A stretch of 64,000 nucleotides of DNA from a virus. Taxonomy: Duplodnaviria; Heunggongvirae; Uroviricota; Caudoviricetes. Of the stretch, positions 37,025 through 45,272 are shown piece by piece. The DNA lies in the IMG/VR virus record IMGVR_UViG_3300031758_000005; one strand, written 5' to 3'. The position numbers and the translations under genes were made by a program. The notes under the pieces are model-generated. The model was not told the DNA's origin. It saw only the letters and a program-made list of their open reading frames with translations, and made no database searches. Within the stretch, counting starts at the first letter, position 1. Each line of letters begins with the position of its first letter.

Positions 37025-37060
37025 AACAAAATCATCTTATCAGTTGTTTCTTTAAAAGTC
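37025..37060 (-). promoter_or_regulatory. Sigma70-like promoter ~120 nt upstream of the DUF262 gene
   Basis: − strand reads CTTGACTTTTAAAGAAACAACTGATAAGAT. Confidence 0.35.
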
Positions 37061-37573
37061 AAGCGGAACATTGAGCGTTTTCCAAAACTTTTCGTTGAGA
37101 ATTTTTATAGGTACTTCGTTTTTTAGCTCAAAATTAGGATGTTCATACACATAATCGAGCAAAGTTTTTGCTGAAATGTAAAACAACACAATTTTATCAC
37201 TACACAATTTGGTGCAAAAATACCCACCATTGTTAAGAACTTCAGCTTTATCTTCCCAAATCAATTTTTTCAAATTGCCCGATGTATGTCCCAGATAAAT
37301 TGTGTTTGTTGGAGATACACGACGAATGTCTACACGAACAGTGGGGTCATTTGTCAATTCAAAATCCCACTTACTATTTGCTGGACTCTTTTTGATATTG
37401 GTATATTCGCTTTTGGTGGTCAAATAATCCAATATCATTCGTTCAATTAGTTCACCACATCCGCCTATTTTAACTTGATTGTAAACATAATCGTTGATCA
37501 TCTTATAGCGTTTTAATTCTTTAAGATAAATTTCACCCATATTATATACTTCAGATTTGAATTCAATATTCAT
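37052..37573 (-). CDS. Hypothetical protein (173 aa)
   Basis: ORF. Confidence 0.45.
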   Translation of the reverse strand: MNIEFKSEVYNMGEIYLKELKRYKMINDYVYNQVKIGGCGELIERMILDYLTTKSEYTNIKKSPANSKWDFELTNDPTVRVDIRRVSPTNTIYLGHTSGNLKKLIWEDKAEVLNNGGYFCTKLCSDKIVLFYISAKTLLDYVYEHPNFELKNEVPIKILNEKFWKTLNVPLDF

Positions 37574-37575
37574 TT

Positions 37576-38001
37576 TTAATTTTTTACAATTTCACCCTTA
37601 GCATCACTATACCACACTTCACCCACATTAAATTGCTTGACCACACTTTGACAACCACAACACGGCTTGCTGTTGTTCAACTTACCCGTTCGATCCACTC
37701 TAAGTACAACCATTTTAAAATCACTCAGATTCTCACGACCACTCTTCATACACACACTCAACTCAGCGTGAAGTCCAACAAGCTGATGGTTTTTATAATC
37801 ATATTCCAAAGTCTTGGGATGACTCTTACAGCTGTTTGTACCAATATGTACAATTTTACCACATCGAATCAAAAAAGCTATATGACTACACCTATGCTCA
37901 ATGTTGAGCGGACACATAGCCTTAGCAATGTCAATGGTACGCTTCAGAATCTTGCTGTTCATTACTAAACTCATACTACCATCGACTTTATAAAAAATCA
38001 A
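37576..38001 (-). CDS. Small CDA-fold (cytidine/deoxycytidylate-type) zinc deaminase
   Basis: HAELS zinc-ligand/catalytic Glu motif and PCCGC second zinc motif. 141 aa. Confidence 0.5.
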   Translation of the reverse strand: MIFYKVDGSMSLVMNSKILKRTIDIAKAMCPLNIEHRCSHIAFLIRCGKIVHIGTNSCKSHPKTLEYDYKNHQLVGLHAELSVCMKSGRENLSDFKMVVLRVDRTGKLNNSKPCCGCQSVVKQFNVGEVWYSDAKGEIVKN

Positions 38002-38014
38002 CTACATTTTTTAT

Positions 38015-38052
38015 ATTTTGAAATTTTGAGGTAGTTGTGATATGATATATTT
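38015..38052 (+). promoter_or_regulatory. Sigma70-like promoter abutting the start of the + strand gene at 38053
   Basis: TTGAAA-N17-TATGAT-N6-ATG. Confidence 0.4.
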
Positions 38053-38760
38053 ATGGAAAACCTTTATGTTGAAAAAATACACAATTCGATTGCCAAAGAA
38101 TTGATTGTTAAACATCATTATACACACAAGTGGACCATAGCCGAGTTGTGTATCGGAATTTACGACAAAAGCAAACGTAGTGTATTTTTTGACGTTCCTA
38201 CGCTGGTTGGCGCAGTTGTATTTGGACCCACTGCTGGCGCAAATGTGGCTAGAAGTGTGTCTCCACTATTAAATCATTCCAATTTATGGGAATTGAAACG
38301 ATTGTGGGTAGCAGATGAATTGGGTAAAAATACTGAAAGTTGGGTTATTGGTCAATGTTTGAAATATATCAAACAACATCACAGTGAAATAAAGTGTTTG
38401 ATCAGTTATGCTGATCCTGATGCTGGACACATTGGTACCATATATCAAGCTACCAATTGGCTGTATCAAGATATTGAAAGACGCAAAGGCACTAGTGGTT
38501 ATATTGTTAGTTTTGACGGTGGTATTAAATGGCAACACTCACGTACATTATTCAACAAATATGGAACATTCAACTATAATAAATTGGTGGAAGTGTTACC
38601 CAGACCATTTAAGATCAAAGAATTATCAGTTAAAGAACGATATATTTATCCTTTGGGAAGCAAAGTGGAAAAGAAAAATCTGATTAAAAGTTTGAATTAT
38701 CCCATTATAGAATATCCCAAACTCAAATCAGATAAAGAAACTGTAGTGGAATTTAATTAA
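38053..38760 (+). CDS. Hypothetical protein, possibly an acyltransferase-fold enzyme
   Basis: Lone + strand gene within the − block, with its own promoter-like element. The acyltransferase assignment is an impression from motif spacing only. Confidence 0.35.
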   Translation: MENLYVEKIHNSIAKELIVKHHYTHKWTIAELCIGIYDKSKRSVFFDVPTLVGAVVFGPTAGANVARSVSPLLNHSNLWELKRLWVADELGKNTESWVIGQCLKYIKQHHSEIKCLISYADPDAGHIGTIYQATNWLYQDIERRKGTSGYIVSFDGGIKWQHSRTLFNKYGTFNYNKLVEVLPRPFKIKELSVKERYIYPLGSKVEKKNLIKSLNYPIIEYPKLKSDKETVVEFN

Positions 38761-39601
38761 TAATCTTCAACTGAATGTTGCCAAGTGTAAGATTTTGCAC
38801 AATAACATTGTTTGCACTCAAAAACTCATACTTGCTTTCAACTCGCTTTACTTTACGATTACCCTTTTTGCTCTTACGATACACAATAACACCACCACTA
38901 TAACTGTTGATAATCATCTGCGCAACAGTCTTACGCCATTCATAAGCTGAAAAATTACCAACAGTATCAATCAAAATATTACCAGCCACATTGTTCTTAA
39001 AATTGTCGTTGGTTTTGATCATAGTCAACAAGGTATCAAACAATTCAAAATCAGAGCTTGAAAATTCAGTGACCTTTTTACGAAAATATTGATTAAAATA
39101 TTTGGTAATATCACTATCAACAAAATAGGTATTCAAAATTTTATCACAAAAAGATCGAATTGTAACAAGCTCATTGTACTTGTCAGTAACATTGCCACGG
39201 GTTTTGATAGCAAAATCAATGATGCCACTTTCTTTCTTCAATTCATAAGACTTATCACCCAACGTAACATCTCCAGTCTCACCACGCTTGATGATGCTCT
39301 TTCTTGAATTGGCAATCATCAAAAATACAGACAACTCACCACGACCAGTCTGATGCTTGATGTTTTCAGGTGACGCAAGCACATTGTCAATTTTATGTGC
39401 ATCACTATTAACATCATTCACCTCTTTGAGAAATGTGTCTACGTTGTCAAATTGCGGAATGCTGTTGATACCAATATTGGTCAAAGACGCAACCAAAGTG
39501 TCAATTTTGGATTGATGTGATTGAGTCTTGAGCTTGTCAAGACCATTTTTGATTTGATCGCTAAAAAAAGTGGTAGAATTGGTGCTCATTACAAGAACCA
39601 A
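38753..39601 (-). CDS. Hypothetical protein (282 aa)
   Basis: ORF. Confidence 0.45.
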   Translation of the reverse strand: MVLVMSTNSTTFFSDQIKNGLDKLKTQSHQSKIDTLVASLTNIGINSIPQFDNVDTFLKEVNDVNSDAHKIDNVLASPENIKHQTGRGELSVFLMIANSRKSIIKRGETGDVTLGDKSYELKKESGIIDFAIKTRGNVTDKYNELVTIRSFCDKILNTYFVDSDITKYFNQYFRKKVTEFSSSDFELFDTLLTMIKTNDNFKNNVAGNILIDTVGNFSAYEWRKTVAQMIINSYSGGVIVYRKSKKGNRKVKRVESKYEFLSANNVIVQNLTLGNIQLKIIN

Positions 39602-39631
39602 TCTACCACACTTTTTTCAAATGTCAACAGC

Positions 39632-40012
39632 TTATTTTAAGACTTTATGGGTAATCATACTAATAATAAGCGTATCGGAGAGTGAACCAGTTTGTGTATT
39701 TTTCATATGATCGTTAAACTGATTATAAACAGTTCTAAACACAGATATGTTATTTAAATCTTTAACAGTTGCCTTTTTTCCATTTTCTAAATAACCAGTA
39801 ATCAACGTAGAATATCGTTTTTTAACAGCTTCCTTTGTGGAAAATTCATCTACAAAAACTGTTTTTTTACGTCTAACCTTCAACATCTCTTTATCATTAC
39901 GGTTAACAATCTCAAATGTAAGACCTTTACATTTATCAATTGGAACAGGCGGAAAAGTTTTTAACATTTCCCACCAAATTTCAAATTTTTGATTTAACTG
40001 ATGTTTATTCAT
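39632..40012 (-). CDS. Hypothetical protein (126 aa)
   Basis: ORF. Confidence 0.45.
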   Translation of the reverse strand: MNKHQLNQKFEIWWEMLKTFPPVPIDKCKGLTFEIVNRNDKEMLKVRRKKTVFVDEFSTKEAVKKRYSTLITGYLENGKKATVKDLNNISVFRTVYNQFNDHMKNTQTGSLSDTLIISMITHKVLK

Positions 40013-40019
40013 AATAATA

Positions 40020-40751
40020 TTATTTTAAAGCCTTATAATTGTTGATGGGTGTATGCTTTTTTGTAAGTAAATCCTGATCAAGTACATCAATAGCTTTCTT
40101 TTTAGACTTATAAAAAGCATTGGTCAATACACGAAGTTCATAGTCTTCAATATTATATCCCATCTTGATATACTTAACCAATCGTTTCAACGTAACACTT
40201 GGATAATTAATGCTCTTTGGATTGAACTTCAAATTGTTATTTTGAATCTGGTTCAATACATTTTCTTCAATAACTACATTGTTACCATCATAAGCAATAC
40301 AACATAAATTGATATCAAATGACCTAAATAAATCTTCAATGGTATCAAAATACTTGAAACTCACACACTGAATCTTCCACTCTGTATCCATATAGGATAT
40401 TACCATTGTATGATGCCACTCAGATACAATATAACTGTTGACACTATACTTACCAGTTGATAAAGCATTGCTATTTAATTCAAGCAAATACTTATCCAAT
40501 TGTTCTTTGTTCTTAAAAAAGACATCCACATCACTATCACTCAGTGGTAGTTTACGATAGGTTCTATGTAAAGCACCCCCAGCAATCCAAGGTCCATCTT
40601 CATTACACTTGGGTAGAATCTCAATCAAATGTTCAAGTACACTACCAGTTGTCAAATGCTTTAGAAAAACATTCAACGACAGTTTATTTGTTTTAATTGG
40701 TACCACACATTCAGCTTGTGGCAGTTCTACGAATTTAACATCAGTTGACAT
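40020..40751 (-). CDS. Putative pol-beta-superfamily nucleotidyltransferase
   Basis: GGALHRTYRKLPLSDSDVDV fits hG[GS]x(9-14)DxD. Weak call. Confidence 0.35.
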   Translation of the reverse strand: MSTDVKFVELPQAECVVPIKTNKLSLNVFLKHLTTGSVLEHLIEILPKCNEDGPWIAGGALHRTYRKLPLSDSDVDVFFKNKEQLDKYLLELNSNALSTGKYSVNSYIVSEWHHTMVISYMDTEWKIQCVSFKYFDTIEDLFRSFDINLCCIAYDGNNVVIEENVLNQIQNNNLKFNPKSINYPSVTLKRLVKYIKMGYNIEDYELRVLTNAFYKSKKKAIDVLDQDLLTKKHTPINNYKALK

Positions 40752-40971
40752 AAATCTTCTTTAATAAATTTGGATAACAATTATCCTGATAAGTTTTGGT
40801 ATTCTTTCCACTACTATAACTCAAACATACACTTTCGTCAAGTACAGGTTCAAACTTGTGTTTAGTCTTATAAAACATATTTACACTATTATTGGTACAA
40901 GTCTGATAAAAATCACAACGTACACTCATACACATACCCAGATCATTGGTCTTAATACTATACTTTTTCAT
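40741..40971 (-). CDS. Cys-rich small protein
   Basis: Eight Cys in 76 aa. Confidence 0.4.
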   Translation of the reverse strand: MKKYSIKTNDLGMCMSVRCDFYQTCTNNSVNMFYKTKHKFEPVLDESVCLSYSSGKNTKTYQDNCYPNLLKKIYVN

Positions 40972-40973
40972 AA

Positions 40974-41011
40974 AAAAATAAGGGAGGTACTGTTATATAC
41001 CTCCCTTTTGA
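40974..41011. terminator. Bidirectional rho-independent terminator
   Basis: Stem GGGAGGTA / TACCTCCC flanked by AAAAAAATAA on one side and TTTTG on the other. Confidence 0.6.
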
Positions 41012-42064
41012 TTATTCCTTACTTCCAAGTAGGTAAGTATTGCTAATAGCCTTGAAACTAAACTCCCGTTCAAGACCACGAACAACTACACCTTCACGGT
41101 CAACACCCATATTCAATACACTCTTACCTTCAGCATACTTCAACATATTATCAACCAAGTTTTCATTGGGTAATACATATCCATACTTTTCAAGTACAGG
41201 TACCATTGGCACTTCCAACCTAAACAACAACCACTCCAGTTCATCAAAGAACATACGACGACCCTTATCAATGTCATAACCAGTAAAGAAAAACAACTTG
41301 TGGTCGCTCAATCCATACAAATTACCATTGATATTTGAACCAATCAATTCTCCCTGAAGCGCAATGTTCTTGCCATACTTAGTCAACTTATCCTTCAACT
41401 CAAGCATATTAGCCATACGCCATAGACTATTGTCATTGGTTTCAGTCAACTCCCAATTACGTCCACAAACACCAAATACACCATTATTGAAGTAACAAGT
41501 GAAACTAGTACCATCCAACTTCTCAGTGATATACACTCGTTCTCCAACAGGCACAAAACCAATGTCACTTTCAAAGTTCTGAATACGAGTTTCATCCGTC
41601 TTTGGAATAAAACTAGGAAATGTACCCTTGATCTTTCCAGCCAATTGAGCAGGAATAGGAGGTTCATACTTGACAATATCAAGAGCCTCTGTCAAATCAT
41701 CACCTTCCTTTGGATCAATTATACCATCTGGAATTGGAGTCAATAGACCTTGACTCAATTGTCCACGCAACTTGATGGTCTTAAGACGAAATCCTTCAGC
41801 GGTTCCCATACGCTTGAAACTACTCTTACGCAAGAATTCAAACTGAGGTCGGATAGGTAAGAAGCTGTCAATTTCATAATAAACAGCCAAGTCACCTACC
41901 TTATATTCTCCAACTTTCACGACTACATTCCACCCCTTTACCTTAGCCACAACAATGGCATCAGCACCAACAATAGGTTGAATGTCAACAATCTTTACAA
42001 CACTAGCTAACTTACGTTCCATATTTATCCTTTCTAAATTAATAAGAGTCAAACTCAACCTCAA
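41012..42064 (-). CDS. RNA ligase-like nucleotidyltransferase
   Basis: KxDG adenylation motif ITEKLDGTSF without the DNA-ligase Arg. N-terminal OB-like region. Terminator hairpin immediately downstream. Confidence 0.55.
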   Translation of the reverse strand: MRLSLTLINLERINMERKLASVVKIVDIQPIVGADAIVVAKVKGWNVVVKVGEYKVGDLAVYYEIDSFLPIRPQFEFLRKSSFKRMGTAEGFRLKTIKLRGQLSQGLLTPIPDGIIDPKEGDDLTEALDIVKYEPPIPAQLAGKIKGTFPSFIPKTDETRIQNFESDIGFVPVGERVYITEKLDGTSFTCYFNNGVFGVCGRNWELTETNDNSLWRMANMLELKDKLTKYGKNIALQGELIGSNINGNLYGLSDHKLFFFTGYDIDKGRRMFFDELEWLLFRLEVPMVPVLEKYGYVLPNENLVDNMLKYAEGKSVLNMGVDREGVVVRGLEREFSFKAISNTYLLGSKE

Positions 42065-42356
42065 GTGAATTGAAATTGATAGTAGACGGATCTACATTCA
42101 AATCAATACCACCATCAACAACAAAAACCTTCAAATCCTTCTTAATCTCGGTAGAAGGTCCACCACTACAGCTACAACCAGAGCTATAACACCAAGTGAC
42201 GTTACCATCCTTGTCTACACCAACACCCTCATAAGAGTGATGACCATAACCCCAATTCTCATTCTCAATCTCCTTGAAAATGACAACGATATCATCATCA
42301 AACTTGCTCTTAGGAAGAGCGTCCCAATTCTGTACAATGTAATCTACGATATTCAT
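42039..42356 (-). CDS. Hypothetical protein (105 aa)
   Basis: ORF with the consensus promoter directly upstream. Confidence 0.45.
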   Translation of the reverse strand: MNIVDYIVQNWDALPKSKFDDDIVVIFKEIENENWGYGHHSYEGVGVDKDGNVTWCYSSGCSCSGGPSTEIKKDLKVFVVDGGIDLNVDPSTINFNSLEVEFDSY

Positions 42357-42398
42357 TACTCATCTAAGTTACCACGGAGTTTATACAAAGTCAACAAA
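42357..42398 (-). promoter_or_regulatory. Conserved promoter upstream of 42039..42356
   Basis: − strand reads TTGACTTTGTATAAACTCCGTGGTAACTT-N9-ATG. Confidence 0.45.
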
Positions 42399-42425
42399 AA
42401 ACCCGCAGAATTTCTTCAACGGGTC
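42399..42425 (-). terminator. Weak terminator-like hairpin after the SPFH gene
   Basis: ACCCG / CGGGT 5-bp stem with a T6 run on the − strand. Confidence 0.3.
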
Positions 42426-42446
42426 ACCAATGTTACTTGTTATTTT

Positions 42447-43352
42447 TTACTTGTTGGTACTTCCAATATTAATGAATGGAACAACACCTCCACCATTATA
42501 CACCGGCAACTTACCATCCCACCTCTGAAGTGCTTCATACTGAACCAGTGACGGAGTTAGTGACTGTGCCAACACAAGGTTAGCTTTTGCTTGAGCCTCT
42601 GCCTTTAGAGCAATACTCCTTGCTTCACCTTCCGCCTTAGCAATATTACTTTCCTTCTCACCACGAGCCTTTTCAATCACTTGATCTGCCTCTGCCTTTG
42701 ACTGCTTGACCTTAGTCTCAGCCTCAATAGCACGTTGTGATGCTTCAAGTACTGCATTGATACGTGCCTGAACACTTTGATCTACACGAAGACCACCGTG
42801 GAAGCTAATCAACTCAAACTTGAATCCCTTGGGGCCAAGATGGGCATTGAGATTGCTCTTTACATTGTCAAGAAGGTACTGCTTACGTTCACCAAAGATA
42901 TCACTAGCTTTCATTGTACTAGCAACTCGGTTGAATGCATTATTGATTTCATTCCGCATAAATCCGTGGGTAATAACGTCTGGATCTTGTCGGAACTCAA
43001 CAAAGATTTGTGGAACCTTATCTGCCACAAATGTATAAGCAAGTGCAATATCTGCATTAACTACTGCACCCTCAATACTATTGAATGTAACACTATCATC
43101 ACCGGGACTTTCCTTTGAACCAGCTGCCCTATCCCACACAGCATTTTGCATAAATGTGGGGAACTTATAGATATCTTCTGTAAGAGGATTATAGAAGACA
43201 CCACCAGTCACAAGAGGAAAGTCATTGACTCCCTTCTGACTACCCCACTGATTTACCTTGATGCCAACATAACCAGGTTCAACCCTGTCACAACCAGTAA
43301 AGGTTGAAATGGCGACGATACCAGCAATAATACTAACAATGTTCTTATTCAT
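42447..43352 (-). CDS. SPFH/band-7 (stomatin/prohibitin/HflC-like) lipoprotein
   Basis: Lipobox ISTFTGC at the N-terminus. SPFH core with a C-terminal Ala/Glu/Lys-rich coiled-coil (EAETKVKQSKAEADQVIEKARGEKESNIAKAEGEARSIALKAEAQAKAN). Confidence 0.75.
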   Translation of the reverse strand: MNKNIVSIIAGIVAISTFTGCDRVEPGYVGIKVNQWGSQKGVNDFPLVTGGVFYNPLTEDIYKFPTFMQNAVWDRAAGSKESPGDDSVTFNSIEGAVVNADIALAYTFVADKVPQIFVEFRQDPDVITHGFMRNEINNAFNRVASTMKASDIFGERKQYLLDNVKSNLNAHLGPKGFKFELISFHGGLRVDQSVQARINAVLEASQRAIEAETKVKQSKAEADQVIEKARGEKESNIAKAEGEARSIALKAEAQAKANLVLAQSLTPSLVQYEALQRWDGKLPVYNGGGVVPFINIGSTNK

Positions 43353-43593
43353 TTTCTTTATTTTCTGACTTGATGTTCTTGACCAACTTGGTCACATCAC
43401 TTTTTAAGATTATCAGCGACCCGATAAAAAGTCCAGCGAAAAGTGCGGTTCCAACAAGATTTGCAACGTCACTCTTTTGATTAATTAAATTAGTGGATTG
43501 ATTAAACAAACAAGCGCCCACTGTAAGTACAACAAAATACTTTGCACAATACTTTACAATATTTTTATTACTAAACATAAATTTTTCATTCAT
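43345..43593 (-). CDS. Small membrane protein overlapping the SPFH gene (possible partner protein)
   Basis: Two hydrophobic helices. Its stop overlaps the SPFH start. Confidence 0.45.
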   Translation of the reverse strand: MNEKFMFSNKNIVKYCAKYFVVLTVGACLFNQSTNLINQKSDVANLVGTALFAGLFIGSLIILKSDVTKLVKNIKSENKENE

Positions 43594-43648
43594 ATCAAAT
43601 AGACTATACTACAAAAAAGAGGAACTGTCAAGTCCCTCTTAAATGTTT

Positions 43649-44293
43649 TTAATGATGTTTATCTTGCTTAACGTGATTCTTGTTCATCATAATCTTCTGA
43701 ATCTCTGGAAAAGACAACGGCTTGCCGTGACCATCCCAACCCACATCCAGAATTTTATTGTCTGGGTTATCAAGTTGAGTAGTTGGATTGGTATAGTGGC
43801 TGTGACCACTCAACTGCCAAGCACCCTTTTGCATCTGATTAAAAATCTGATGTGGGTAATGATGAATAACAATCATATGACCATTTACAATTAGTTCCTT
43901 GTAATAACCCAGATAAGTTATCTTACCAACTGCATATGGATACACTTCAATATCTTTACCATATTCAGTTGCAATAGCTTCTTCATACAATCTACGAATA
44001 CAACTGTTATGATTACCCCAAATATAAGCAATATTTTGACAATTGATTCGTGCTAGAATTTCATTGAACTCTGGAGGGGTAATGTTTAGACAAAAATCAC
44101 CCAGATGAATTAGTGTATCTTCTGGACGCACTACTTCATTAATCTTTGCAATCAAAGCATCATCGTGTTCATAACGATCTTTATAACCTCTAGCTTCAAA
44201 TATGAAACTTTGGTTATGCCGGAAATGAGTATCACTGGTAAAGAATACCTTGTGACTATCATTATGTGTTAGTTTTAGAGGTCTTTCAAACAT
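43649..44293 (-). CDS. Calcineurin-like metallophosphoesterase (putative polynucleotide 3'-phosphatase partner of PNK)
   Basis: Motifs DTHF ... GDFCLN ... GNHN. Overlaps the kinase gene by 8 nt. Confidence 0.7.
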   Translation of the reverse strand: MFERPLKLTHNDSHKVFFTSDTHFRHNQSFIFEARGYKDRYEHDDALIAKINEVVRPEDTLIHLGDFCLNITPPEFNEILARINCQNIAYIWGNHNSCIRRLYEEAIATEYGKDIEVYPYAVGKITYLGYYKELIVNGHMIVIHHYPHQIFNQMQKGAWQLSGHSHYTNPTTQLDNPDNKILDVGWDGHGKPLSFPEIQKIMMNKNHVKQDKHH

Positions 44294-44744
44294 AAATCAT
44301 TACATCAATTCCTTCATTAAAGGATGGATCTTCATATTTTGATAGCATCCTATCAATAATATTTGTAGGCACAACTCTACCACCTTGTTCTCCTCGTTTC
44401 TTGTTTCTTTCAATTAATCCTTGACGATCCATCTTGAAAACAATAGCAACTACTTTTGCACCATATTTCTTTGCAGTCTTAATATAGTCACTACGTTCCT
44501 TACGGTTTACACTGGTTGCGTCAACCAATACATTTTTACCATCTTTTAGAAATTCGTCAACCTTTCTTTTGATGTGACCGAAAACAAGTGGGGTAACAGT
44601 TTGATCTTCTTCACTTTTACCATATACAGCACGTAGTGAATCACTACTTAGATATTCAATATCTTTGTCTTTAATAAAGTTTTTTGCATATGTGGATTTA
44701 CCACTTCCAGGCAATCCAACCGCAATATAAAGTGTATTATTCAT
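44286..44744 (-). CDS. Polynucleotide 5'-kinase (P-loop kinase domain, T4 PseT kinase-like)
   Basis: N-terminal LYIAVGLPGSGKSTYA aligns with the T4 Pnk N-terminus (...GCPGSGKSTWA). 152 aa, kinase domain only. Confidence 0.65.
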   Translation of the reverse strand: MNNTLYIAVGLPGSGKSTYAKNFIKDKDIEYLSSDSLRAVYGKSEEDQTVTPLVFGHIKRKVDEFLKDGKNVLVDATSVNRKERSDYIKTAKKYGAKVVAIVFKMDRQGLIERNKKRGEQGGRVVPTNIIDRMLSKYEDPSFNEGIDVMIYV

Positions 44745-44782
44745 ATGTACATCTTAACTCAACTTGTTATAAAGTCAAGAAA
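44745..44782 (-). promoter_or_regulatory. Conserved promoter upstream of the PNK-phosphatase operon
   Basis: − strand reads CTTGACTT-N16-TAAGAT-N6-ATG. Confidence 0.4.
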
Positions 44783-44881
44783 ATTGTTAAGGGTAGGTAA
44801 AAGATGTTTATTTGGGGTACAATCTATGGTATATATGTAGTGTAATCAATGGTTGGTTACAGAGTAACAAAAGGTAAATAT

Positions 44882-45220
44882 ATGTTAAAGTATCTATTAG
44901 TATTGACCGCAGCATTGTCTTTAAATGCTCAACAAGGTCCAAAACAACCAAAAACAGGTGGACCAGATCCAGTACCACCACATTTGCGTCCTGAACGTCC
45001 CAAGTTGACTGAAGAACAAAAGAAGCAACGTAGTGAACTTGTTGCTAAATATGATGCAAATAAAGATGGTAAGTTGGACAAAGAAGAACGTATCAAGGTT
45101 AGTGACGCTGATCGTAAGTTAATGAGAAGTTTTGGTCCACCTCCAAGAGGTCCAAAACACGATGGTCCTCCTCCAACAAAAGATGGTGAAAGACCAGGTA
45201 AACCACACAAGAAGAACTAA
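44882..45220 (+). CDS. Secreted Pro/Lys-rich small protein with an EF-hand-like Ca-binding loop
   Basis: Signal peptide MLKYLLVLTAALSLNAQQ. DANKDGKLDKEE matches the EF-hand loop pattern DxNxDGxLDxxE. The track start at 44849 is probably too far upstream because the signal peptide begins at the second Met. Confidence 0.5.
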   Translation: MLKYLLVLTAALSLNAQQGPKQPKTGGPDPVPPHLRPERPKLTEEQKKQRSELVAKYDANKDGKLDKEERIKVSDADRKLMRSFGPPPRGPKHDGPPPTKDGERPGKPHKKN

Positions 45221-45229
45221 AACAAATAA

Positions 45230-45257
45230 CCCCACTAAATTAGTAGTGGGGTTTTTG
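45230..45257. terminator. Bidirectional rho-independent terminator
   Basis: Stem CCCCACTA / TAGTGGGG (8 bp) followed by TTTTTG. Closes the + strand EF-hand gene and the − strand gene at 45273. Confidence 0.65.
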
Positions 45258-45272
45258 ATTTATACTTAAAAA

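Noticed and set aside
36901-37051. The 150-nt intergenic region and others were scanned for tRNA genes
   Set aside because: No GTTCxAxxC T-arm or cloverleaf-compatible stems were found. The region instead carries a promoter-like element.
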